Of a DNA stretch of 64,000 bases, positions 1 through 10,241 are shown piece by piece. The stretch is from positions 1-64,000 of the IMG/VR virus record IMGVR_UViG_3300042470_001171; one strand, given 5' to 3'. The notes below the pieces were generated by a model that had not been told where the DNA came from, searched no databases, and saw nothing but the letters and a program-made list of their open reading frames with translations. The position numbers and the translations under genes were made by a program. Source of the stretch: a virus (Duplodnaviria > Caudoviricetes). Every line of letters begins with the position of its first letter. Position 1 is the first letter of the stretch.

Positions 1-654
1 AACAATGTATCGGTGATCAATCCTGTCACCAATGCGGTGGTAGCGACCATCACCGTTGGCACTGCGCCTCTCGCCGTTGGCTATGCGCCGACCAGTGATC
101 GGATCTATGTGGCGAATCAAAACACCATCAATGTATCGGTGATCAATCCTGTCACCAATGCGGTGGTAGCGACCATCACCGTTGGCACTGCGCCTCTCGC
201 CGTTGGCTATGCGCCGACCAGTGATCGGATCTATGTGGCGAATCAAAACACCAACAATGTGTCGGTAATCAATCCTGTCACCAATGCGGTGGTAGCGACC
301 ATCGCGGTTGGCACTGCGCCTTACGGCGTTGCCTATGCGCCGACCAGTGATCGGATCTATGTGGCGAATCAAACCACCAACAATGTGTCGGTAATCAATC
401 CTGTCACCAATGCGGTGGTAGCGACCATCACCGTTGGCACTGCGCCTCTCGCCGTTGCCTATGCGCCGACCAGTGATCGGATCTATGTGGCGAATTTTAG
501 CGCCATCAATGTATCGGTGATCAATCCTGTCACCAATGCGGTGGTAGCAACCATCACCGTTGGCACTGCGCCTATCGCCGTTGGCTATGCGCCGACCAGT
601 GATCGGATCTATGTGGCGAATTTTAGCGCCAACAATGTGTCGGTAATCAATCCT
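1..654 (+). repeat. Near-identical 126-bp tandem repeats (about 5 copies) encoding YVTN blades
   Basis: aatcctgtcaccaatgcggtggtagc recurs at 126-bp spacing. Confidence 0.9.
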
Positions 655-3600
655 CGGGCAAATCTAGTTGATGCAGGCACCCGAGCCAGGGTGACCTTCG
701 CTCCAGGGTTGACCAATGCTGTTGCCGTAGGCGATGCCCTACAGTTCTGGGGAGCAGGCAACAAATTTGTTAGTGCCAGACTGCGATTAGCCAGTGCAAG
801 CTTTCCTAGCGCTGCTCGGCTATCAACGGACCTTGCTAATGGCTTTGCCTCGATTCGCAATACCAGCACTGCTACTTTTTATCGTAATTTAATACTTGCC
901 AATTTCGATGGCACCAGTTCGGTGACCGTCAATGGGACAAGCATTGCGCCCAACGCCGAAACTACTATTGGCTATTACAACATCACCACCCCTGTATTTT
1001 CGATCAATGTTACGGCTAGAGACCTAGATTTTTATTACAAAGCTGGCACTAGCTATCTGATTGCCACCAGCACCACTAACCAACTATTTCTTTACGCCTT
1101 TGATGCTACTACCGTATCAAGTGCCCCAGCGATCAAAGCGACTTTCACCACTAACGGGCTGAGCGCTTCTACACCTCGCCATCTAAGCTTTACAAAAGTA
1201 GGCTCTGATTTAGTCCTGCTGGTAGTGGGGGACACCATTAACCTGCTCTACCGCTTTGCTGACAACATTTTTGATGGCACCGGCACCATTACTATCAACG
1301 GCCAAACTATTGCCCACTCTAGCGGCTATGCCGTACCCACCAGCGCAGCATTGTTTTATTGGCTGCACAATACTACTGCTACCGACTCACTTTTAGGTGC
1401 GCTCTACCATAACACCGCAGCTAACCGCACTGTGATCGCTTTTGTGACCACCGCTGGCGTTAATGCCTACGAGCTGAACCTTGATGCTTTCAATGGCAGC
1501 GCTACAGTCAATGTCAAGGGTACTGATGTGATCCCCGTCAACAGGCAGTACACGTTGCCGGAGTACCTGTCCAGCTTCCAGATCCCTTCCTACACCGCCC
1601 CCCTAGCATTAAACTACAACAGTACTGATGCCGCCAATAGTTTCATCTCCGGCAATGCCAGTCGGATCGCTAGGCTAAATCAACTCAACCGCTTTAATAC
1701 AGTCATCGACCTACTGGCCCAAAGCTATACCACTGCCCCGGCCATCACCAAAACCTCTGCTAATGGTCCGCTGACTCTATCTACTGCCATCACCGCATTC
1801 CAGGCACTCTCTATTTTAGTGATTGGCGCTAGCTTGATCAGCTTGCGAAATAGCGATGGCACCACCGGCTACGCCAATGGCGAATATTACCCCTACGCCT
1901 ACACAGCTACCGACGACGCCGAGGGCACGATAAACGAAGGATTTACCTTGTCTGGGGCCGCGGCAGGTATTACCGGCACCTACCGCTTTACCATGTCCTC
2001 TGGCACTACCCTGACGCTAGGCAGCAAGGCCACCTATAACGACAACTTTACCGTCCCCTCCGGGGCTACCCTGGCGATCAGCCAGAACACCACCATTGGC
2101 AGCAATCTGATCCTCCAGGCGGGGGCGAATGTGGTGGCGGCTAACAATGTTGGTCCCTTCACCCTCACCATTCCCTACAGCGACCCTGGCCTAATCTACG
2201 ACCCTACCAAAATCACCATTGTTTCCCAGATCCGATTCACTGCACCTAATTTTGCCGATGGCTCCAGAGCCTATGCCGCTAGGGTGCAAAGCTTCACAAT
2301 AGCTAGCACTGCCATCAATACCACCACCGATGTAATCACCCTGGGCAACGATAGCCAGGGTAGACCTGCGGCCTTTGCCACCGCCGCCCCTTGGACCCAG
2401 GTACGCTTTAGCCTCAATAGTGGCGCAACTTTGCCCACAACCACCAGTAATGTCCTTAAGGATGGTGGCTTCTATTACTGGAGCGACGGTAAACTTTTCG
2501 CTAGCATCGCCAATATTCCTAGCACCCCGGTGGACTTTACCAGCCAGGGCAGTGGTGACTTTACTCTAGCCGCTGAGACTGAACTGTTCAATGTCGTGGT
2601 GTCTGGCGGCAGCGGCCTTGCCCAAAACTTAAGCCTGCCCAATGGTGCCCTGGTACGGCTTAAGGCCACCTACTGGGCGGAGTCTGGCGACATAGCGACC
2701 TCTGGCAGCTTCCTGGATACCCGAGACAGTCTGCTAGTGTGGAGTACCACTGGCGGTATTACCGTGGGTGCAGCTATCGGCCCAACCGTCTTAGAACCTA
2801 TCCACGAAGCCATCGTTGCCAGCACCCAGATCCAAAGCAATAAATATGGCGTACTAACCCCGGCCAATACGGGCTCTGGCCTATCTCAGTTCACCATTGC
2901 CCTAGAGGGTGTGGGCACTCTTCAGATCAATTCCAATGATACTGACGGCGTTGAGTTGATTCAGAATATTTTTCTTTGGTGGTGCTGGGTGCGCAGCACA
3001 GAAGCAGGCATTCGGCTGGCTAGCTTTGACACCCTAGAGGCGCTGTCGTTCACCAGTTACCAGGCGGGGCGGGTAGAGGTTGAAAATACCAACAGCACCA
3101 CACCCCTCAGCATTGCAGGCGGGAGCATTACGTTTCCCGGCAGCAGTACCGGGATTGCCGCCACCAGCTATGCGATCAACCTGAACGCTGATGTGTTTGG
3201 CACTGGCGCAACGACGGGCCTGACCAGTCCTGAGATCCGGCAAGCTGTAGGGCTGGCTAGCGCTAATGTGGACACGCAGCTATCGGCAATCAACAGCAAG
3301 ACCACGAACTTGCCAGCAGCCCCCGCAGCCGTTGGTGATATTCCCACCACCACGCAAATCTGGACTCATGCTACCAGGGCACTCACGGATAAGGACAGTT
3401 TCAACCTTGCCAGCTCCCAGACTTTTAGTACTACCGGATCAGTCGGTAGCGTAACTGGTGCTGTGGGCAGTGTCACCGGTGCCGTAGGTAGTGTCACCGG
3501 GGCGGTAACGGTAGGCATCATTAACAACAATGTGATCACGGCAAATGCTATTGCTACTGACGCATTTGACGCCGATGCCATTGCCGCTAGTGCAGTGACC

Positions 3601-3711
3601 GAGATCCAGGCAGGCCTAGCGACTCAGGCCAGCGTAGACACCAAGGCTAGTCAGGCTAGTGTGGATGCACTCAACGCCAAGGCCGACGACATTACGGCAT
3701 TGGTGCTATAG
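1..3711 (+). CDS. Large tail fibre/receptor-binding-like protein with N-terminal YVTN beta-propeller repeats (5' end probably outside the window)
   Basis: Frame open from base 1; about 5 copies of a 42-aa repeat (RIYVANxxxxNVSVINPVTNAVVATITVG); Thr/Ser/Ala-rich body; GAVGSVT repeats near C-terminus. Confidence 0.7.
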   Translation, partial: NNVSVINPVTNAVVATITVGTAPLAVGYAPTSDRIYVANQNTINVSVINPVTNAVVATITVGTAPLAVGYAPTSDRIYVANQNTNNVSVINPVTNAVVATIAVGTAPYGVAYAPTSDRIYVANQTTNNVSVINPVTNAVVATITVGTAPLAVAYAPTSDRIYVANFSAINVSVINPVTNAVVATITVGTAPIAVGYAPTSDRIYVANFSANNVSVINPRANLVDAGTRARVTFAPGLTNAVAVGDALQFWGAGNKFVSARLRLASASFPSAARLSTDLANGFASIRNTSTATFYRNLILANFDGTSSVTVNGTSIAPNAETTIGYYNITTPVFSINVTARDLDFYYKAGTSYLIATSTTNQLFLYAFDATTVSSAPAIKATFTTNGLSASTPRHLSFTKVGSDLVLLVVGDTINLLYRFADNIFDGTGTITINGQTIAHSSGYAVPTSAALFYWLHNTTATDSLLGALYHNTAANRTVIAFVTTAGVNAYELNLDAFNGSATVNVKGTDVIPVNRQYTLPEYLSSFQIPSYTAPLALNYNSTDAANSFISGNASRIARLNQLNRFNTVIDLLAQSYTTAPAITKTSANGPLTLSTAITAFQALSILVIGASLISLRNSDGTTGYANGEYYPYAYTATDDAEGTINEGFTLSGAAAGITGTYRFTMSSGTTLTLGSKATYNDNFTVPSGATLAISQNTTIGSNLILQAGANVVAANNVGPFTLTIPYSDPGLIYDPTKITIVSQIRFTAPNFADGSRAYAARVQSFTIASTAINTTTDVITLGNDSQGRPAAFATAAPWTQVRFSLNSGATLPTTTSNVLKDGGFYYWSDGKLFASIANIPSTPVDFTSQGSGDFTLAAETELFNVVVSGGSGLAQNLSLPNGALVRLKATYWAESGDIATSGSFLDTRDSLLVWSTTGGITVGAAIGPTVLEPIHEAIVASTQIQSNKYGVLTPANTGSGLSQFTIALEGVGTLQINSNDTDGVELIQNIFLWWCWVRSTEAGIRLASFDTLEALSFTSYQAGRVEVENTNSTTPLSIAGGSITFPGSSTGIAATSYAINLNADVFGTGATTGLTSPEIRQAVGLASANVDTQLSAINSKTTNLPAAPAAVGDIPTTTQIWTHATRALTDKDSFNLASSQTFSTTGSVGSVTGAVGSVTGAVGSVTGAVTVGIINNNVITANAIATDAFDADAIAASAVTEIQAGLATQASVDTKASQASVDALNAKADDITALVL

Positions 3712-3719
3712 GAGGAGCT

Positions 3720-4118
3720 ATGGGCGTTATCTACCGACCAATCTCACTCCTCCCTGACCTCGGTGATGCGGTCACCACCGCCACCGCCAGCATCAACCTA
3801 TCGGCCCTCAGTGCGGTAATCCTCGACAATGCTGGCCAGTTTGCCTATGCAGACAGTGGCACCCCCAGCCATGCCTACCGAGTCGCTGGTATTCTGCCCT
3901 ATGCGATCAGCCAAGGCACCGAAGGGGCTGCCTACAGGCTAGGGGAAATTAGCGATGCGGTGTGGAACTGGACCCGAGGTAGTCCCATTTACCTGGGCGC
4001 CAATGGCCAGCTTACCCAGACGCCACCGACAACAGGATTCTTGCTAGTGTTGGCTCAGCCTGTTTCCCCGACTGTGATTAACCTTCAACTACCTTCTCCC
4101 ATATTCTTAGGAGCTTAA
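3720..4118 (+). CDS. Putative virion structural protein
   Basis: AGGAG RBS; co-directional with structural cluster; WNWxxGxPIYLGxNGQLT motif. Confidence 0.55.
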   Translation: MGVIYRPISLLPDLGDAVTTATASINLSALSAVILDNAGQFAYADSGTPSHAYRVAGILPYAISQGTEGAAYRLGEISDAVWNWTRGSPIYLGANGQLTQTPPTTGFLLVLAQPVSPTVINLQLPSPIFLGA

Positions 4119-4122
4119 AGCC

Positions 4123-4641
4123 ATGACCACAAATAAGTTTCTGACCGTCGTAAACGGCAACACCACACTGACTCAAGCAGTCACCAGCAGTGCTGGAGTA
4201 GCCGACGCCAATAAAATACCTTCACTTGATACAAACGGGACGCTTAGCCCTACCTTTTTGCCTACTGGAGTTGAACTCCAAACGGTAGTCCTGCCGACCA
4301 GCGAGAACCTAGTCGCGGGCGATTTTATCAACATCTTTGACGATAGTGGCACTGTTAAGGCACGTAAAGCGGACGCCAGCAATGGGCGAGAAGCACGGGG
4401 CTATGTCCTGACAGCGGTTACATCGCCTGCTAACGCCACGATTTATCTGACTGGCCGCAATACTGGTGTCATTAGCGCAACAGTAGGGCCAGTATACCTA
4501 AGCGCCACAACTCCCGGAGGCTTTTCATCTACTCAACCCGCCACCCCTGGCGCAAATGTGATCCTCCAGCCACTGGGCCATGCCCTCTCACCTACGTCGA
4601 TTCTTTTTGAATATGACAGACCCATTGCCCTGACGGTATAG
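4123..4641 (+). CDS. Putative virion structural protein
   Basis: AGGAG RBS; tight operon; GPVYLS motif resembles preceding gene. Confidence 0.55.
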   Translation: MTTNKFLTVVNGNTTLTQAVTSSAGVADANKIPSLDTNGTLSPTFLPTGVELQTVVLPTSENLVAGDFINIFDDSGTVKARKADASNGREARGYVLTAVTSPANATIYLTGRNTGVISATVGPVYLSATTPGGFSSTQPATPGANVILQPLGHALSPTSILFEYDRPIALTV

Positions 4642-4645
4642 CGCC

Positions 4646-4945
4646 ATGACTAAGGCAGTCCAGCTCGGCAGTTCGGGCAACCTGGAGACCACCAACATTT
4701 TGCCGCTGGTCTCCTTGCGGCCTGAACCGTTTTACAAAACCATCACCCGCACCGATGGCGCTATCACGCAAATCAGCATCTACGTCAGCAATGGCGGGGC
4801 GGAGCTATACCGCAAAGCCATCACCCGCACCAATGGCGCCATTACCAGCATCACCGAGACTGACTACACCCGCAGCCCTGCGGTGACCCGCACCAAGACC
4901 ATTATCCGCACCGATGGCGCTATTACTGCCATAGGAGTCGCCTAA
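4646..4945 (+). CDS. Hypothetical protein with three ITRTxGAIT repeats
   Basis: Tight operon spacing; internal repeats. Confidence 0.6.
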   Translation: MTKAVQLGSSGNLETTNILPLVSLRPEPFYKTITRTDGAITQISIYVSNGGAELYRKAITRTNGAITSITETDYTRSPAVTRTKTIIRTDGAITAIGVA

Positions 4946-5364
4946 TGCCCCAAACCATTACCAGTGCCGCAATCCTAGGTTCTCGCTACACCAGCGGGGT
5001 GCAGTATCGCCTATTCGATGGCACCACCTTGGGTGCACTCACTAACGCTACCCACCTGGGTAACGGTATCTGGCGAGCGGTGGTGCAACTACCGGACGCT
5101 GGCGGCGAAGTGCGCTGGTTTGCCAATGCCGGGGCGGTGCCACTCGGGGTCGATGTGGTGGGTGCTGTGAACCCGGACATTGCTAGCACCCTGGCCCTGG
5201 CCCAAGCTTTTACCATGGGGCGCTTTAGGATCGACTATCCCAACAGTACTGCAACCCAGTACAACGTAGATGGCACCGTGCGCAAGGTGTTCAGTCTGCT
5301 AGATGATCAGGGCAACCCTGCCATCGATGCCCAGTCTGCCGTTGATCGGGTGCCGTTGCCATGA
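4945..5364 (+). CDS. Hypothetical protein (structural operon)
   Basis: TAATG overlap with upstream stop. Confidence 0.6.
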   Translation: MPQTITSAAILGSRYTSGVQYRLFDGTTLGALTNATHLGNGIWRAVVQLPDAGGEVRWFANAGAVPLGVDVVGAVNPDIASTLALAQAFTMGRFRIDYPNSTATQYNVDGTVRKVFSLLDDQGNPAIDAQSAVDRVPLP

Positions 5365-5401
5365 GAAACCATATTCCTGACGTCAGCAAAAAGGTGTAGC
5401 C

Positions 5402-5689
5402 ATGCTCTACCCCCTCGGCCTAACCGGCACCCTCTATCCCCTTGGCCTGCACCCTGGCCTGATCCTGGGGCTACGCCTGCTCAAGTGCATCCCCTGCATC
5501 CACCTGGATAGCCTCGCCCCTGCCCTGGACCTGCTAGCCCAGCACCCTAGCCTGGAACTGGCTAGCACTATCCCTAGCCTGGATCTGACCACCCTGGCCC
5601 CAGCCCTAGCGGTAGCGGCCATTATTGCAGGGTTGAATATTGGATCCATTGCGCCCACACTTAGCCTGGAGGATTGTGATTGTGACTGA
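5402..5689 (+). CDS. Hypothetical protein
   Basis: ORF in operon; Leu/Pro repeats. Confidence 0.45.
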   Translation: MLYPLGLTGTLYPLGLHPGLILGLRLLKCIPCIHLDSLAPALDLLAQHPSLELASTIPSLDLTTLAPALAVAAIIAGLNIGSIAPTLSLEDCDCD

Positions 5690-6116
5690 TGCTTTGAACG
5701 GAAAAACAGTATTGGTGGGAGCTGGCCTGGCCGGGCTAACCTGGGCATTTACCCGGCCCAGTGCGGATACCGTCACCAACTACACCAACGCCAGTATATC
5801 GGTGCGGTTCTTCGAGCTGGACAAGAAGTTTAAGCCGATCAGCACCACGCCAGCGCTGTCGCTCAGCATAGGCTCTGGCATCACCCGCAGCACCAATACC
5901 GCTAGCTCCCAGGCTGGCCTGTTCCAGGTGACAGCGGCCCAGCTAGGCACCCTGCTAGGCACCGCTGAGGCCAAGAACTTTGCCTATGTCTGGTACATTC
6001 AGCCAGCGGGCTATGAAGCTGTGCGGGCATTTGTGGGCGATGGCTATGATGGGCGGTTCCTGCTAGCCAAAGAGGGCTATGCAGGATCCCAGGACGGGGA
6101 GATCAAGGTGTCGTAG
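5682..6116 (+). CDS. Hypothetical protein, possibly baseplate-associated
   Basis: GTG start overlapping upstream stop, GGAGG upstream; beta-rich. Confidence 0.45.
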   Translation: MTDALNGKTVLVGAGLAGLTWAFTRPSADTVTNYTNASISVRFFELDKKFKPISTTPALSLSIGSGITRSTNTASSQAGLFQVTAAQLGTLLGTAEAKNFAYVWYIQPAGYEAVRAFVGDGYDGRFLLAKEGYAGSQDGEIKVS

Positions 6117-6343
6117 CAGCGTTGGCCACAGACATACTCACCCAATAACAGCGATCCCCAGCTAGCTGGTTGCTGACAGACCTGGCAAGACTCTGGCCGG
6201 TCCAGGCGGATCAAAACGTCATGGCCATAGTCAACCTCATCGGCCCCCAGCGGCCAGCCGGTTGGCTCTGGCGTATCCCCGGCTAGCTCGTCTAGCATAG
6301 TCCCTAGCCGGTCTAGCTCGTTCAGCATGGCCTGGAGGTCCAT
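6077..6343 (-). CDS. Hypothetical protein with CxxC...CxxxC
   Basis: TGATG coupling to upstream ORF. Confidence 0.5.
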   Translation of the reverse strand: MDLQAMLNELDRLGTMLDELAGDTPEPTGWPLGADEVDYGHDVLIRLDRPESCQVCQQPASWGSLLLGEYVCGQRCYDTLISPSWDPA

Positions 6344-6495
6344 CAGAACCTACCCGTGGCTACCAGCCAGGCCAGCACCGCTACAGCACCGATGGCCATG
6401 CCGGACAGCGTGAAGCGGATCTCGTGTTCAAAGACCTCGCGGCGGGCAATTTCATGGGCAATGGCCCGGACCTGCGCTTTGATGTCCTCGCTCAT
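6343..6495 (-). CDS. Small membrane protein (MSEDIK...)
   Basis: ATG at 6495 with GAGG; C-terminal hydrophobic helix; GGGCACCCT upstream. Confidence 0.5.
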   Translation of the reverse strand: MSEDIKAQVRAIAHEIARREVFEHEIRFTLSGMAIGAVAVLAWLVATGRF

Positions 6496-6544
6496 GGTGG
6501 ATCCCTCAGAGAATTTTTTATAGGGTGCCCAGGTTGGTGGTTGT

Positions 6545-6600
6545 GTGCTATACTCGGGGTAGCACATTGACAATTTGTGGTGACAGGTGACAGTGATGAA
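6545..6600 (+). promoter_or_regulatory. CRISPR leader A: extended -10 (TGTGCTATACT) and boxA-like GCACATTGACAA
   Basis: Same layout as leaders at 7649-7694, 18031-18082 and 23856-23907. Confidence 0.65.
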
Positions 6601-6740
6601 TCCCACTCCGGTGGGGGTTTCTCGACCACCGCCGCCTATATGGTGGACTTTGCCCCTCGCAAACACCTCCCCGCTTCGGTGGGGGTTTCTCGCTCTGACT
6701 GAGGCCTCAAAGCACACCCCACCACCGTGGGAGTCCTCAG
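6601..6740 (+). CRISPR. Mini-array A: 3 type I-E-like hairpin repeats, one 32-nt spacer and one short spacer
   Basis: CCCCAC-N4-GTGGGG plus GTTTCTCG handle; second repeat has TCGCAAACACCT extension. Confidence 0.8.
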
Positions 6741-7360
6741 CCAGCCTTAGCGATCCGCCATTGCTCGGCCAATGCGGCCATAAATTGCTCTGGATCCAGG
6801 CCCAGATCTACTGCCCTGGCCGCTAGCTCGGCTGCCGTGGCCGGGCTTAATTTTCCCTCAAGTTCGATCAGCTTTACCAGCGCCGTTGCTAGGCTACCAA
6901 TGGCCCGCAGGTCGCTGGTAGCCCGTGCATCACAGATCGACTGCACCACCTGCTCAATGGCTGTGCGCACATGCTCCAGGTTGGTCTTTTTGGTGCGGTA
7001 GCTGCCCAGGTCTGTCGCTGGCGGTGGTGGCGGTGCTGTCTTGGCCTTGTGGGGCACCTTTGCCGCCTCGCCTGGTGCATCCGCCATGGCTAGCTTTCTG
7101 GCCTGCCAGTCGCCTGCCTTGGCCCAGCCGCTGATCGTGGTATTGCCACAGCGGTCAAACCCTTCGCCCTTCAGCCGCCTGGATATTTCAGCCCATTGAG
7201 GCCCCAGCTCGCAGTACAACTCAAAGCCCCGTTCCTTGCAGGCTGGCGTAGCAGGCTGGCCGGAAGTCTTCACCACCTGCCGGTTGCCCCGCCTAGCACC
7301 AGGAGCTGGCTTGGGCGCATGCTTGGATCGTAGCTTTGGTGTAGGTTTCTTGGTTGCCAT
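6737..7360 (-). CDS. Putative terminase small subunit (HTH, Mu gp27/DUF1804-like)
   Basis: Basic N-terminus, FELY...EISRRL...TTISGWAKAGDW HTH pattern, helical C-terminus. Confidence 0.5.
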   Translation of the reverse strand: MATKKPTPKLRSKHAPKPAPGARRGNRQVVKTSGQPATPACKERGFELYCELGPQWAEISRRLKGEGFDRCGNTTISGWAKAGDWQARKLAMADAPGEAAKVPHKAKTAPPPPPATDLGSYRTKKTNLEHVRTAIEQVVQSICDARATSDLRAIGSLATALVKLIELEGKLSPATAAELAARAVDLGLDPEQFMAALAEQWRIAKAG

Positions 7361-7466
7361 GGATCCAGAATGCCCAGGCAACAAAAAACCCCAGCCGTGG
7401 CCGGGGTCGGAGTGGTGCATCTACAAAGCCTAATTTAACACGACTGGCTTATAGTTGGGTGTCAAA

Positions 7467-7648
7467 AGAAAAACCCCCACCAGTGTGGGGACTCGCCAGA
7501 GTCAAGAAGCACCCCCACCAGTATGGGGCGAGGGAGAGAACTCTGAAACATCCCCACCACTGTGGGGAAACATGCAACTATAGTTTGGATCCACCCCCAC
7601 CAAAATGGGGCTAGGTATTGTCATCGACACACCCCCACCAGCGTGGGG
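7467..7648 (-). CRISPR. Array B: 5 degenerate hairpin repeats with very short spacers (period 38-43 nt)
   Basis: Hairpins at 7475, 7513, 7552, 7595, 7633, each with a GT/AT-starting 8-nt handle on the minus strand. Confidence 0.75.
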
Positions 7649-7694
7649 CCACCGTCACCAAATTTTCAAGGTTCCTGTCCCCTACTATAGCACA
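7649..7694 (-). promoter_or_regulatory. CRISPR leader B: TGTGCTATAGT -10 and boxA GAACCTTGAAAA (7663-7674)
   Basis: Conserved among four arrays. Confidence 0.7.
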
Positions 7695-7705
7695 GTTAGC
7701 ACGGT

Positions 7706-8566
7706 TTAGCTAGCCGGTTCCAGTGAAACCACAACGCCAGCGGACTTGGTGGGAGTCAGCCTCAGCCAGACGCCGCCTAGGGACTTTGGCATGACGATCC
7801 GCTCCACCGCCCAGCCGTTGCCGCCCTGAAACTCCTCCTTGTAGGTGCCCGTCTGTACATGGTATCGGGGAGTTACCCGCACCTTGCCGGTTTCGATCAA
7901 CCGGTAGCAGGGGTGAGAAACGATGCTCCGCTCGTGATTGTGGCCATTGACGATCACATCAGCATCTGGTGCAATGCTGGCATACCGGCCACCGCCCATG
8001 GTGCCCTTGGTGACAATACCGCCCCAGGCCCCATGGTGGAAGAACAAGTTGCACCGCCGAACAGACTCGACGCCCTGACCCCGTTCCTTGTAGAACACAA
8101 ACCGAATCCAGCCCTGATAGCCCATGTGCTCGGTGATGGCCCCATGGCGGTCCCGCAGCTGCTGTACCACATTAGCCAGTGGGTCTATCTCCTGGTGGTT
8201 GATGATGGCTGTCTCATGGTTGCCGTTGCCCATCATCAGGATCTCCTGGCCGTAGGGTGCCAGAATGTCAGCGGACTCCTTGAATACCAAGTCGAAATAA
8301 TTGGCCCCCTGGTGCTCGGGGCGAATGCTGGCCTTGCTGCCGCGCCTGTCCCGCTTGCCCTGCATCAAGCACAGCACATCGCCAAAAAATAAGGCCCTGC
8401 CGTTGAGAGCCTTCATCTTTTCCAGGTGACTAAAAAATAGCTTGCGATCACATTTTGGGTTATCCAGGTGAATGTCGCTGGCCAGCAAAAAGTGATAGGC
8501 TTCCTCCCCGGTGTAGCGGATCCGGATTTCGAGGACTTCATCTGATAGTCGTCGCGTGGTTAGCAT
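7706..8566 (-). CDS. Calcineurin-like metallophosphoesterase
   Basis: SDIHLD, FGD, GNGNHE, HHG and GHNH motifs. Confidence 0.85.
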   Translation of the reverse strand: MLTTRRLSDEVLEIRIRYTGEEAYHFLLASDIHLDNPKCDRKLFFSHLEKMKALNGRALFFGDVLCLMQGKRDRRGSKASIRPEHQGANYFDLVFKESADILAPYGQEILMMGNGNHETAIINHQEIDPLANVVQQLRDRHGAITEHMGYQGWIRFVFYKERGQGVESVRRCNLFFHHGAWGGIVTKGTMGGGRYASIAPDADVIVNGHNHERSIVSHPCYRLIETGKVRVTPRYHVQTGTYKEEFQGGNGWAVERIVMPKSLGGVWLRLTPTKSAGVVVSLEPAS

Positions 8567-8603
8567 TTTGTTACAACCAGCACTATCTAAATAGTGCCCA
8601 AAA

Positions 8604-8631
8604 CAAAAACCCCAGCTTATAGCCGGGGTTT
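8604..8631. terminator. Intrinsic terminator hairpin
   Basis: AAAAACCCC...GGGGTTT stem with flanking A/T runs. Confidence 0.65.
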
Positions 8632-8649
8632 GGACGGCGCAAAAAAGGC

Positions 8650-8796
8650 TTACTTTTTGCGCTTTTTGTCTGCGTTTTCCGCTGCGGCAATGGCGATCAC
8701 AACGGCACCAGTTACGGCAAACAAAGCTGCATCAACTGGGCTGGCAATGCCTTGGCTGGCGGGCATGGGTAGATCGGCGGGTTGCATGGTGTTCAT
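8650..8796 (-). CDS. Small membrane protein (48 aa)
   Basis: CCACTTACAGAGGA leader before ATG; hydrophobic helix then basic tail. Confidence 0.55.
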   Translation of the reverse strand: MNTMQPADLPMPASQGIASPVDAALFAVTGAVVIAIAAAENADKKRKK

Positions 8797-8824
8797 GGTC
8801 TGTGGTCCTCTGTAAGTGGCCTGG

Positions 8825-9031
8825 TTAGTCTCCCCCCAGGGTGTTAAACGTGATCCGCTGGATGTCGCGGATCTTGACTTGGTTAGGCGATAGGGCGTGG
8901 ATCTGGGCTATTTGCAGCTGTGCAGCCGCCACAGCCATGCGAATATCTCCGCTAGCGATCTGGACAGTCGAACTGCCCTCCATCACCCCGCTTGCGTAAG
9001 CTTTCTGCCATTTAAAAACATAAGTCGCCAT
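8825..9031 (-). CDS. Hypothetical protein
   Basis: Leftward operon; GAGG upstream. Confidence 0.55.
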   Translation of the reverse strand: MATYVFKWQKAYASGVMEGSSTVQIASGDIRMAVAAAQLQIAQIHALSPNQVKIRDIQRITFNTLGGD

Positions 9032-9178
9032 ATCAATAAACCTCGTCTAGTTGTTGCTGTAGGGTCTCCTGCCAGCCCTGTTGCTGGCTTTGCTGTGCTT
9101 CCTGGCCTTGCTGCTGCTGTTGCCGTAGTTCCCGGCGTAGCTCGGCGGCCAGGGTATCGGCCAAAGACTTGCGTCGCT

Positions 9179-9385
9179 TCATGGCTCTTCCTCCAGCCGG
9201 GCTTGGTTCACCTTGGCCATTTCAGCAAACAGGGCAGCGGCTAAGTCACCCTGGAGGGCGTTGATACTGTTGTGCATCACGTTAGCCTCATCCATGGCGG
9301 ACTCCAGTTCACCCCGCCAGTAGGCCAAGTAGGCCAGCAGGCAGGCTAAGATCTCGGTGCGGGTAGGGTCAATGGGTAAGTTCAT
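9179..9385 (-). CDS. Hypothetical protein
   Basis: Leftward operon. Confidence 0.5.
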   Translation of the reverse strand: MNLPIDPTRTEILACLLAYLAYWRGELESAMDEANVMHNSINALQGDLAAALFAEMAKVNQARLEEEP

Positions 9386-9566
9386 GGTTATATCCCCAAA
9401 GATGGTAGGTTTCGGATCTGGGCTAGCACTAGCTCTAGTTCCTGCTGTGCATCCCCGTCTTCAGGGTGCCTAGCAATGATCTGGCGCATGTGGCTAGCTC
9501 TGGTATGCAGAAAAATGGATAGCTGCCCGGCCAGGCAGGGGCGTAGCCGGGCGGTGGTGGCGGCCA

Positions 9567-10202
9567 TTACTTTGAGCGGATCATTTGCTCTAGCTGGTCG
9601 CATTGCTCCGGCGTAAGCTGGTTGGGCGAAGTTGCGCCGAAGGTAGCCAGCATGGCTATCACTTCCTCGCGGCTAACGCCAAGGCTTTCCCGTATGTCCT
9701 GGATGCGTCGGTTTTGGTCCAGGGCGGCACCAGGGATAGTGTCAGCTTCGGTTTCGTCGAGCATCCCTAGCCCGCAGATCGACAGGGTAACCCGGCGCTT
9801 AGCTTTGGTCTCTGCCTTCATCAAGGCATTGGCCAACGCCTCACCAGAGAGGCCTTTGATGGGCACCACGCCGGTAGACTCATCTCGGCGGCCATAGGCG
9901 TTGGTGGCCCTAGCTAACACCACATAGCAGTCATCTACACGGGTACGCTCCACCAGCTCCACCGAAATGCCGTGGATGCTACGCAGTTGGTCGGTGGCGT
10001 CTTTCCGTGCGTACAAGGTTAGGCGGCCAGACAGTTTCAGATACTCGAAGGGCCTAGACAATGGGTTTAGGCCAACACTGCTACACAGAGCATTGTAATA
10101 GTTCATTCGCTCTGCTGGCGATAGTGCGGCCAAGTCCCCGTGGACTAGCACCTTTTCGAGGGTCTGGGCCTGGGCTTGAGGCTGGGCAATAATGTCAGTC
10201 AT
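9567..10202 (-). CDS. Phage ssDNA-annealing recombinase (RecT/Bet-like)
   Basis: GLNPLSRPFEY...LYARKDATDQLR...MKAETKAKRRVTLSICGLG; AGGAG RBS. Confidence 0.7.
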   Translation of the reverse strand: MTDIIAQPQAQAQTLEKVLVHGDLAALSPAERMNYYNALCSSVGLNPLSRPFEYLKLSGRLTLYARKDATDQLRSIHGISVELVERTRVDDCYVVLARATNAYGRRDESTGVVPIKGLSGEALANALMKAETKAKRRVTLSICGLGMLDETEADTIPGAALDQNRRIQDIRESLGVSREEVIAMLATFGATSPNQLTPEQCDQLEQMIRSK

Positions 10203-10241
10203 GGGTGGTTCTCCTAAGGGGCCCGGAGGCCCCAGCGTGGT

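Noticed and set aside
1136-1167. 13-nt match between an array F spacer (AACGGGCTGAGCG) and the YVTN gene
   Set aside because: PAM-distal only, no seed match; expected by chance
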